Origin: a virus
Reading direction: 5' to 3' (one strand)
IMG/VR virus record: IMGVR_UViG_3300032331_002067
Location: 1 to 64,000 of that record
Length of the DNA: 64,000 bases
Shown: positions 52,092-59,324 of the stretch, one piece after another
Numbering within the stretch: the first letter of the stretch is position 1
Layout of the letters: the number at the start of each line of letters is the position of its first letter
Translations under genes and position numbers: made by a program
The notes under the pieces: generated by a model
Told to the model about the DNA's origin: nothing
Databases searched by the model: none
Seen by the model: only the letters and a program-made list of their open reading frames with translations

Positions 52092-52223
52092 ATAATCCAT
52101 TACAGAGCCTCTGAGTGGGCTATGAAGTAAAGCTGGAAGGAGCTTTAATGAGGATATTAATTCAATACGGACTCATAGGATTAGCTATGTTTCTAATTTA
52201 TACATTTGTCAAAGGAGACTGAC

Positions 52224-53296
52224 ATGAAGAAAAATCCAATGGTGAAGGTAAAACTAAGCCGATTAGATCTCGAAATCTTAGGCGAAGCCTTAGTTGAATC
52301 AGAGAGGGTTGTTCACATACTTGGTGATGAAGAATATATCGCTAGGTATAACCATATTGCCGATGTGATAGCTGACCGAATGGTAAATCTTTATAAAAAG
52401 AGAGAAAAAGCCAAAAAGCGTAGATTCCGGTATCAGAAAGTAAGGTTTGGACTATGGGGCTAGTTATGGAATGGAAAATGACAAAAGACTACAAAATAGA
52501 TAGGGATGTATCAACATCAATTGAACAGATTGAGTTTGTACATAGCCTAATCCAAGAGCTAGAGAATAAAGGGGTCGAATTGCCGATGGGTGATTACAAC
52601 CTTATTTATGACTATATTGAGGGGGCTAGAGATATCCTTATGGAATACGAAGAAACAATGGATTTCGAGGAGGAATCATGACTTATTACGAATGTGAAGA
52701 ATGCAGCAGAACGCTGTCTATAGAAGAAATAAATTATGGGCACGATTGTGAGCCAAAAGAGGAAAGTGGAGTTATTTATGACCCAAGCAAAAGAAGCTAT
52801 TAATATGACCCATAGTCATTATTGGAAATGTACGGATATTCCGGGCTATTTCTTATGTGAATGTGGGGCTATGTCCAGACACAATAGAGAAACCGGATCA
52901 AAAGAGATTTGGAGCCTTGAATCGGAAGGTGGCGAAATATGATACTAATAGACTTTCTATGTCTTATCCTGCTATATACGATTCACCGTTTGGTAGCCCA
53001 AAAGCCAAATGATGCCTTTGGGAATATGATGTTCTTAATCCTTGCGGGGTTCGGGTTCCTATTCTTATTCCTAGATGTAATTGAAAAGATAAAGGGATTG
53101 TTCTGAGATGATAAAGAAGAAGATTGATCCAAGTGATCGGCGGGAATATTTCTATGGAGAAAGTGTACATGAATATATCGGGGTTCTTGTAGAGATGATT
53201 CTAAAGATAGAAGAGTCTAAAGAGATAGGGAATCTAGATAAGGATCGTATAAGAGTTCTATTAACTGATTCTATTTCTATTCTGAACGAGTATTAA
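52224..53296 (+). other. Last small hypothetical genes of the + early block (about 52224, 52466, 52805, 53108)
   Basis: ORF track with start reassignments. Confidence 0.45.
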
Positions 53297-53330
53297 CACA
53301 CAGGTATATACACATATCTGTGGATTACAT

Positions 53331-53339
53331 TGTGGATAA
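53331..53339 (-). promoter_or_regulatory. DnaA box (perfect TTATCCACA); second perfect copy at 53584-53592, near-matches at 53306 and 53319
   Basis: tgtggataa on +. Confidence 0.65.
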
Positions 53340-53432
53340 GCTACCCGTATAGATACCGTATAGTAGCAATCATGTAGTAAGCGCTCAACATGGCGCAAAT
53401 ATATACTAATTAGTAGTTAGTAACATAGCAAT

Positions 53433-53479
53433 TAAAAGCCTTAGAGGTAAGTTAAATCTTATCTTTAGGGCTTTTTTTT
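53433..53479 (+). terminator. Terminator ending the + early block
   Basis: aaaagccttagaggtaag...cttatctttagggc-T8. Confidence 0.75.
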
Positions 53480-53563
53480 GTGCCTAAAATCAGCATAAAG
53501 TAAAGAATAATCGATAAAAAACGATCAAAACATAGCAAAAACATACTATTTTGTATCAAAACA

Positions 53564-53579
53564 TCGAACATTTGTTCGT
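53564..53579. promoter_or_regulatory. LexA/SOS box of Gram-positive/actinobacterial type
   Basis: TCGAAC-ATTT-GTTCGT vs consensus TCGAAC-N4-GTTCGA. Confidence 0.65.
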
Positions 53580-54268
53580 ATGTTGTGGATAACTTCGGAT
53601 ATGTACTAAAATTAAAGGTAAAGTTAAAGAAAAACAGCCTACATTAGAGAGCTGAATGCGTATTCGCCGGCTTTGTTCTATCTATAGCTATCTCTATCCC
53701 TATATATAAGCTAGAAGACTATCTAACCCGGAACTTTGCGGGAAAGCTCATAATTTGAGAATGTATAAGTGCCCCTTACCCTATATATATCCCTAGCTAT
53801 AAAGTAAATAAGAATATTTGAAGGTATTTACCCCGATAGTTAATGTATTAGAGAATGAGGTAGAGAATGTGATAGTAGATATCCCAAATGCCGGCGATAA
53901 TAATGTGAAAGTTACGGGCTTGTAATTTGAGTCATATATTCACCTATATATGTACAGATATACCTAGGGGAATAGATAAACCAATAGCCCCGTCTTATTC
54001 CTCAGACCCCATAATTTGAAAGGGATACTGATCCCTTACCCTTATCTTAAATTGAAATAGAAATTTAAACTTAATAAAAGAAAGATTCATCATGATTAGT
54101 AAATTCATTAAATTAATGAGAAAATTAAAGTTAAATTTAATTGGTGTCCAAAACGCTGAAGCGTTTATGGTACCCCAACCATAATTTGAAAGTTAAGGTG
54201 GTCCCTTACCGTATAGGTATCGTTTGGAGAATGTATTAAATTAATAAGAAAGATAAAGGTAAACGAAA

Positions 54269-54343
54269 CTGGTGTTCAAGTGCTTTAGCACGCCCAGAAC
54301 ACCAGCGATTTTGGGCAAAAAAAAACCACGCCTTTCGGCGTGG
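54269..54343. repeat. Hairpin element type A plus minus-strand terminator (copy 1)
   Basis: ctggtgttc-aagtgctttagcac-gccca-gaacaccag, then cgattttgggc-A9-ccacgcc/ggcgtgg. Confidence 0.8.
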
Positions 54344-54379
54344 AAAAAACTTTCGTTTATTTTTTCGGTTTCACTTTCG

Positions 54380-54730
54380 CTAAGCGTTCGCCTTGCGAGA
54401 GATAACCATTCTGCCATCGTCAAGCCAGTTGATTTGGATTGCAATCCCCAACTTTTCCGAAACACTTTCGGCACGATTTCGGTATTTCATCTTTTCGGCT
54501 TGAATCTTCGTTGAATCTTGGTTGAGATTCACCGTTGCTTCAGACCAAACGAATGCGTCACCGATTTCGTTGGGGTCTAATGACAGAATGTCTGTCGCCA
54601 ATACAGGGTTTTCGTATGGGGGTTTCCCACGCTTGACCAACTTGGATTGGATTTCGGAAAGGTTTACCTTTTGGTTTGCCTTTTTGGGTTTGTCGCCTGC
54701 GTTATCGCTCGGCATGGTTGTTGTAGCCAC
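54380..54730 (-). CDS. Small putative DNA-binding protein, paralogue 1 (leaderless GTG)
   Basis: KRGKPPYENPVLATDILSLDP..GDAF.WSEATVNL..KMKYRNRA; GTG 6 nt after the -10. Confidence 0.75.
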   Translation of the reverse strand: MATTTMPSDNAGDKPKKANQKVNLSEIQSKLVKRGKPPYENPVLATDILSLDPNEIGDAFVWSEATVNLNQDSTKIQAEKMKYRNRAESVSEKLGIAIQINWLDDGRMVISRKANA

Positions 54731-54736
54731 ATCTAC

Positions 54737-54768
54737 ATAATACGAATGGGCTTGGGTTATGTATTCAA
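54737..54768 (-). promoter_or_regulatory. Cassette promoter P1
   Basis: TTGAATACA...TATTAT, 32 bp; same geometry in six copies. Confidence 0.7.
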
Positions 54769-54793
54769 TAATCGTAAATAATAGACCCAGAAC

Positions 54794-54835
54794 GGCGGGC
54801 GCACGAAGTTCGCTGAAGCTCTCCGCACGCCCGTC
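54794..54835. repeat. Hairpin element type B (copy 1)
   Basis: ggcgggcg...gctgaagc...cgca-cgcccgtc. Confidence 0.7.
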
Positions 54836-54926
54836 ATGATTTGAATGGTAATTTGAATCCTTACGGAGATCCTTACCATGATTTGAAAATGTGAATGAAA
54901 TTTTACTCATAGCTACACCGGTAGAA

Positions 54927-55002
54927 GCTGGCGTTCAAGTGCTTTAGCACGACCCGAACGCCAGCGATTTTGGGCAAAAAAAAACTCGCCCCGAGGGGCG
55001 AG
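54927..55002. repeat. Hairpin element type A plus minus-strand terminator (copy 2)
   Basis: gctggcgttc/gaacgccagc, with a compensatory change relative to copy 1. Confidence 0.8.
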
Positions 55003-55033
55003 CCAAAAAAACTTTTTTTGTGTGGGGGGGATG

Positions 55034-55366
55034 TTACTGAGGAGTACCGAGGGAGATAATCATTTTTCCGTCATCCTGCCAGTTGATAGCGATGGTTACG
55101 CCACACTTCTCAGCAACGCTGAGGGCACGATTACGGTACTTCATTTTCTCTGCTTGTACCTTGTCCTGTGGTGCTGTGAGGTTCACAGTCGCTTCCGACC
55201 AGTAGAAGGCATCGCCCTCAACTGTTGGGTCAAGACTGAGAATGTCAGTAGCGAGCACTGGGTTCTCATAGGGGGGCTTGCCTCGCTTCACCAAGTTAGC
55301 CTTGATGCTGTTGAGGTTCACCTTTTTGTTTGGTTCCGCTTTGCGGTCACCTGTGTTATTTGCCAC
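55034..55366 (-). CDS. Small putative DNA-binding protein, paralogue 2 (leaderless GTG)
   Basis: Highly similar to the 54380-54730 protein. Confidence 0.8.
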   Translation of the reverse strand: MANNTGDRKAEPNKKVNLNSIKANLVKRGKPPYENPVLATDILSLDPTVEGDAFYWSEATVNLTAPQDKVQAEKMKYRNRALSVAEKCGVTIAINWQDDGKMIISLGTPQ

Positions 55367-55372
55367 GAGATA

Positions 55373-55589
55373 ACTATACCTATGGGGTTCACCTGTGTAT
55401 CCAATACCTACTAAATACTCTCATAGATTAGACCCAAACTGGCTGGTGCTTAAAAGAGCTGAAGCTCTTCCGCACACCAGACCATCTTGTGTATAGAGAG
55501 AGCGCATACTCAATCTCTCTGACTGTCCGTCTGGGTCGGCTTGGCGTTAGGCACAAAAAAAGGGAGAGAGCCGAAGCCCTCTCCCTTTT
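55373..55589. repeat. Inter-cassette element: promoter P2 (55373-55404), hairpin B (55443-55480), GCGCATACTCAA box, terminator (55555-55589)
   Basis: Aligns with three following copies; UUCG-loop terminator on the minus strand. Confidence 0.8.
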
Positions 55590-55608
55590 CGTCAGCCCGC
55601 AAGTGATT

Positions 55609-55881
55609 CTAGCGGTTTGCTTTGCTTACTACTGGACTTGACTTTGCGCCGACTGTCCATGAGATGGACACGGGCTTACCAAGCCTCATAGAGATGGTAT
55701 GTATGCGGTTGCGATACTTCATCTTTTGAGTGTGATTGCTCTGAGTGACACGAATATCACTCAAGACAATCTCATCAGTTGTCTTTTTGAGAAGGCGTAG
55801 AGCCTGCTCAATGTTTGCGTCAGAGAATGGGGGTCGCCCACGCTTGACGATTGTTGCTGTACCTTTAGGCTGAACTTTCAT
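55609..55881 (-). CDS. Small basic putative DNA-binding protein, paralogue 3
   Basis: IVKRGRPPF...KMKYRNRI...LG..V.ISW; SD gtagga before ATG 55881. Confidence 0.75.
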   Translation of the reverse strand: MKVQPKGTATIVKRGRPPFSDANIEQALRLLKKTTDEIVLSDIRVTQSNHTQKMKYRNRIHTISMRLGKPVSISWTVGAKSSPVVSKANR

Positions 55882-55930
55882 GATTCCTACTTTCGTTGGG
55901 TTTAGGTTCACCGTTGGGCTGACATCTATA

Positions 55931-56134
55931 ACTATACCTATGGGTTGAATATATGTATTCAATATGAGAATATATAGACCCTAGATTCGCTGGCGTTTAA
56001 GAAGTCTGAAGCCCTCTCGCACACCAGCTCGCTTAGGTAGGAAGAGAATGTGTACTCAATTCCAATGGATCGCCTGTCCGGGTCGGAGTGGTGTTAGACA
56101 AAAAAAAGAGGGGGTCTTGCGACCCCCCCTCTTT
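55931..56134. repeat. Inter-cassette element: P3, hairpin B (55989-56028), box, terminator
   Basis: Alignment with the other copies. Confidence 0.8.
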
Positions 56135-56147
56135 CGGAGTGTGTGAC

Positions 56148-56543
56148 CTAGGCGAAGGCTAGGAACTCAACGATTGCCTGTGAGTAAAGGTGACCCTCCA
56201 CTTGCATATTCTCACCCAACAATGCCTCAACCGCTTTCACGGCTGGTAGCAATGTTTCCTGAATGGTGAACAATGTCTCGTAGTAGGTAGCCTTCGTGAC
56301 TGTCTCGCTATCGTCACGGGTCACTGTTCTAATGACTGTCTGAGTAGCGTCTAGGAGTGTCTCACCCGTTGAGCGGGCTTGTTCTAGGAAGAACATATGA
56401 GTATCTCCTGACATATGGTCAGACTGAATCATGACCTTTATAAATGCCTTAGTGAATATCTCCACGAAGGTGTTGAGTGTGCTTGCGAACACATTCAGAC
56501 TAAGTATCTGAAGTGGCTCGCAGGGTTCAAGTAGTGGTTCCAA
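56148..56543 (-). CDS. Hypothetical helical protein (cassette 4)
   Basis: SD gaaagg then TTG; bounded by promoter and terminator. Confidence 0.6.
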   Translation of the reverse strand: MEPLLEPCEPLQILSLNVFASTLNTFVEIFTKAFIKVMIQSDHMSGDTHMFFLEQARSTGETLLDATQTVIRTVTRDDSETVTKATYYETLFTIQETLLPAVKAVEALLGENMQVEGHLYSQAIVEFLAFA

Positions 56544-56587
56544 TGTTACCTTTCCGCAGTTCATTTGTTCACTGCTTCCATACACCT

Positions 56588-56811
56588 ATATTACTATCGG
56601 GTTTAGAATATGTATTCAATATCGGGATATACCTAGACCCACATTGGTTGGTGCTAAAGGAAGCTTAAGCCTCCTCGCACACCAAACGAACATCGGTACG
56701 GGAAGACGATCAGTGTAGAGAGAACGCATACTCAACTCTATAGACTGTCCGTACCGAATGGATTGGAGTAGAGACAAAAAAAAGAACCGTACTGGCTGTA
56801 CGGTTCTCTTT
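56588..56811. repeat. Inter-cassette element: P4, hairpin B (56648-56685), box, terminator
   Basis: Alignment with the other copies. Confidence 0.8.
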
Positions 56812-56820
56812 CTTGGGGGT

Positions 56821-57033
56821 CTAATCGTTTGGTCGGTATGTCTCGTACCCATAGGGGTCGTAGATAGTGGTCGTGGTCTCGCAAGGGTAGTGAAACTCTT
56901 GGCAGTCGGGGATACCCTTTCCCCCCCTCTCACCGATAATGAAGCAGGCGATAAGTATCGCATACGCAAGGCTCACCCAAAAGATGAACCTCACGAATGA
57001 GCGAATACGGTAGTAGGTAGGTGAGTGCCCCAT
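56821..57033 (-). CDS. Small membrane protein (cassette 5, gene 2)
   Basis: TAATG-coupled; FVRFIFWVSLAYAILIACFII TM helix. Confidence 0.6.
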   Translation of the reverse strand: MGHSPTYYRIRSFVRFIFWVSLAYAILIACFIIGERGGKGIPDCQEFHYPCETTTTIYDPYGYETYRPND

Positions 57034-57296
57034 TACAAGCACCTCGGGCACTTGCAGGGGGCAGGCTCGCAACACTCAGTAGCGTTGGTCAGTATCTCAA
57101 ACTTACGCAACCCTTTGAGGATTGCGGGGTTGAGGTAAAGGTTCTCTGTCCAACCTTCGTACTGAGCCTCACACATTGCCTTGCAAGCCTCATAGATAGA
57201 GAACTCATTAGGGTGAGTTCGTAGTGTCCAATACATGTCCCAGTTCTTAGGGAACTGGGTTGCCTCTGCGATAGCAGTCAGCGGGTTTATTCCCAT
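57033..57296 (-). CDS. Hypothetical protein with Cys-rich C-terminus (cassette 5, leaderless ATG)
   Basis: ATG 6 nt after TATAGT; CCEPAPCKCPRC. Confidence 0.6.
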   Translation of the reverse strand: MGINPLTAIAEATQFPKNWDMYWTLRTHPNEFSIYEACKAMCEAQYEGWTENLYLNPAILKGLRKFEILTNATECCEPAPCKCPRCL

Positions 57297-57302
57297 ACAC
57301 AC

Positions 57303-57530
57303 ACTATACCTATGAGGTTAGAATGTGTATACAAAATGAGAGAATACCTACCCCCTTACACGCTGGTGTTTAAGAAGGCTTAAGCCTTCCCGCACTCCAG
57401 CGATTCTAGATCTATCACCGTTCCCCTGAGAGGTCGTGTATAGAGAGAGCGCATACTCAACCCTATGGGCTGTCCGCCTCGGTAGGAATGGTGTTAGGCA
57501 AAAAAAAGAGCCAGCCCGAAGGCTGGCTCT
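57303..57530. repeat. Inter-cassette element: P5, hairpin B (57361-57402), box, terminator
   Basis: Alignment with the other copies. Confidence 0.8.
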
Positions 57531-57555
57531 CTCTCTTGGGGGATTGTTGGGGGTC

Positions 57556-57888
57556 TTAGTAGTTGCGACCATTCGCATCGGTTACCTTGTAGCCCGACTT
57601 GACGAGCAAGGCAATGGCTAGGTCGGCATCGCTTGATACTCGCTCACGAATAGGTGACTTTACCTCGTAGCCTGCCATGAGTAATTCGTTCATTGCGCTT
57701 TCTACGATAGCCTCACGAGCCTTTATGTGGAGTTTGCTTGCTGTCTTGACCATGTAGGCGAGTTGGTCGTCAAACATTTTGGCGTATGCTACGGAGAACT
57801 TTACGCCCTCGCTTGCGACTTCCATGTTGCGTAGTTGAACGCAAGCCTCCTTGAAGGCTTCTTGTATAAGGTTAGTATCGTGTGACAT
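57556..57888 (-). CDS. Hypothetical protein (cassette 6)
   Basis: SD gaaagga; internal repeat A..LL..GY.V. Confidence 0.65.
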   Translation of the reverse strand: MSHDTNLIQEAFKEACVQLRNMEVASEGVKFSVAYAKMFDDQLAYMVKTASKLHIKAREAIVESAMNELLMAGYEVKSPIRERVSSDADLAIALLVKSGYKVTDANGRNY

Positions 57889-57938
57889 GGATTCCTTTCT
57901 CGCCCGTCAGTTGTTCGGGGCGTTGCTTCCATGTCATA

Positions 57939-58034
57939 ACTATACCTATGGGCTGAAAATGTGTATTCAATCTAGGGAATAAACAAACCCCTACCCTGCG
58001 GGCGTAAAGCGAAGCTGAAGCTTAGCACGCCCGC
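57939..58034. repeat. Promoter P6 plus hairpin B (57998-58034)
   Basis: TTGAATACA...TATAGT; gcgggcg...aagctgaagctt..gca-cgcccgc. Confidence 0.75.
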
Positions 58035-58209
58035 CTATTGACTCCCCAAACAGAGGAAAACGAAAAACAAAAAAATAACGCAGTAGCATGCTACGGATAT
58101 ATACTCAAATTTTCTAAAAAACGGGGTCGGCTGCAAGTGCCGGGTTTTGGTTTAGAAAACGGGGGAGATGGGGGGTTGAGTGCGTATTGCTCCCAGAGCT
58201 GAGCTGCTG

Positions 58210-58282
58210 CTCCCAGAGTAGGGCTTGAACCTACGACACACGGATTAACAGTCCGTTGCTCTGCCAACTGAGCTATCTGGGA
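58210..58282 (-). tRNA. tRNA-Asn(GTT)
   Basis: tcccaga acceptor, tagctcagttggcagagc D arm, acgga-ctGTTaa-tccgt, ggttcaagcc. Confidence 0.92.
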
Positions 58283-58322
58283 AAGATCGAATTTAGAAAG
58301 TTTGGGGGATCGAATTTAGAAC

Positions 58323-59093
58323 TCAATTTGTATTCACTTCTACATTTATCTCTAGAATCTTATTGGAGGAATGTTGAGCTACATTATCTTGTCCTATGTT
58401 AGTGATCTCGTATCCGAGAGACTCAATGTAGGAGAATAGATCTTGTCTCCGGGGCTGGAACCATTCCTTGTTTGCCCACGCTTCAAAGAGAATAGGTGGG
58501 AACCCATTTCGCTCAATAGTATTTTTTGCGCCCACGAGAACAGCGAGTTCCAAGCCTTCTACATCGATTTTGATGAGCTTGATATCGTTCATCTCAAGTG
58601 AGTCCAATTTTAAGACAGAAATCAATTCCGTGTTACCACTGGAGGTACACTCATAACCGTTCTCACGCACCTCGTGATCAAGGCTAAAGGCTCCTACATT
58701 CAATTCTGTGGAATAGTCCGGCAACTGAATATAAAACGAATCTGGCTCGTATGACAAACCGAAGTTTTTGGCGAATACATTGTCACACCTGTTGAGTAAG
58801 ATATTTGAACAAAGCTGGTAAAACACGATTCTTTGCGGTTCAAAGGCATGGAACTCAAACTGTGGATACTTCTTTGCTAACGGCACACAAAAGCTTCCTA
58901 CATTGGCTCCGATGTCCAAGACCAAACCCTGCTCACCAATCCTGAGATAGTGATCCAAGAACATTCCTGAGAATGTGAGAATGTGTGGCTCATGCCCAAC
59001 TTTATTCTTTAAGGCATCTGAGATGAGATCATCTTTATCAAACAAGAAAAAGCGACAATCCCCTCCGTCATATATTGAAGATGATGGAATCAT
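58323..59093 (-). CDS. FkbM-family methyltransferase
   Basis: LDIGANVG, AFEPQ, LIKIDVEGLE..VL.GA..TI....P.I.FE. Confidence 0.9.
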   Translation of the reverse strand: MIPSSSIYDGGDCRFFLFDKDDLISDALKNKVGHEPHILTFSGMFLDHYLRIGEQGLVLDIGANVGSFCVPLAKKYPQFEFHAFEPQRIVFYQLCSNILLNRCDNVFAKNFGLSYEPDSFYIQLPDYSTELNVGAFSLDHEVRENGYECTSSGNTELISVLKLDSLEMNDIKLIKIDVEGLELAVLVGAKNTIERNGFPPILFEAWANKEWFQPRRQDLFSYIESLGYEITNIGQDNVAQHSSNKILEINVEVNTN

Positions 59094-59105
59094 ACTTTCC
59101 TTTTG

Positions 59106-59324
59106 CTATTCATTATCTCTATTATACCAATGAGACTCACGATATCTCTGCATGGCGTTGATATTTGAGACTGTTTGTGCAACCTGTCGATGCCGGCGAT
59201 TCCGTGACCACAAGCTATTCTGAAACCACGAGGAAACAGCCACATACCCGGCATAACCCACACACAATATTGCAAACCACCTTGCAATCACTACATAGTA
59301 TCTTTCGGGTGCCACCTTGGTCAT
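59106..59324 (-). CDS. Small membrane protein
   Basis: Hydrophobic helix; ATGA coupling. Confidence 0.5.
   Translation of the reverse strand: MTKVAPERYYVVIARWFAILCVGYAGYVAVSSWFQNSLWSRNRRHRQVAQTVSNINAMQRYRESHWYNRDNE

Larger units (their letters stand above)
53749..54906 (+). repeat. Dispersed CATAATTTGA-N14/15-CCTTAC repeats (53749, 54010, 54180, 54835, weaker 54877)
   Basis: Direct alignment of the copies. Confidence 0.75.

Noticed and set aside
54731-54910. N-terminal extensions of ORFs 54380..54910 and 55609..55962 in the ORF track
   Set aside because: They run through the conserved promoter and hairpin elements. Paralogue alignment and leaderless/SD signals indicate starts at 54730 and 55881.
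55543-57499. Integron attC sites (GTTAGGC/GTTAGAC at element ends)
   Set aside because: No complementary RYYYAAC R'' box was found, there is no integrase in the window, and the cassettes carry their own promoters. Kept only as an analogy.
54241-57621. Plus-strand and overlapping ORFs in the cassette block (54272, 54522, 55022, 56758, 57021, 57436; minus 54241, 56616, 57348)
   Set aside because: They are antisense shadows or span terminators and repeats, with no SD or protein motifs.
54230-58110. CRISPR or mini-CRISPR array, given the Cas4-like gene at 22552
   Set aside because: Repeats are long, degenerate and separated by whole genes. The Cas4-like protein is a solo phage exonuclease in the recombination operon, with no other cas genes.
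58188-58218. attP/attL prophage boundary at tRNA-Asn
   Set aside because: Only 11 bp, copies 20 bp apart, phage-like genes on both sides and no integrase seen.
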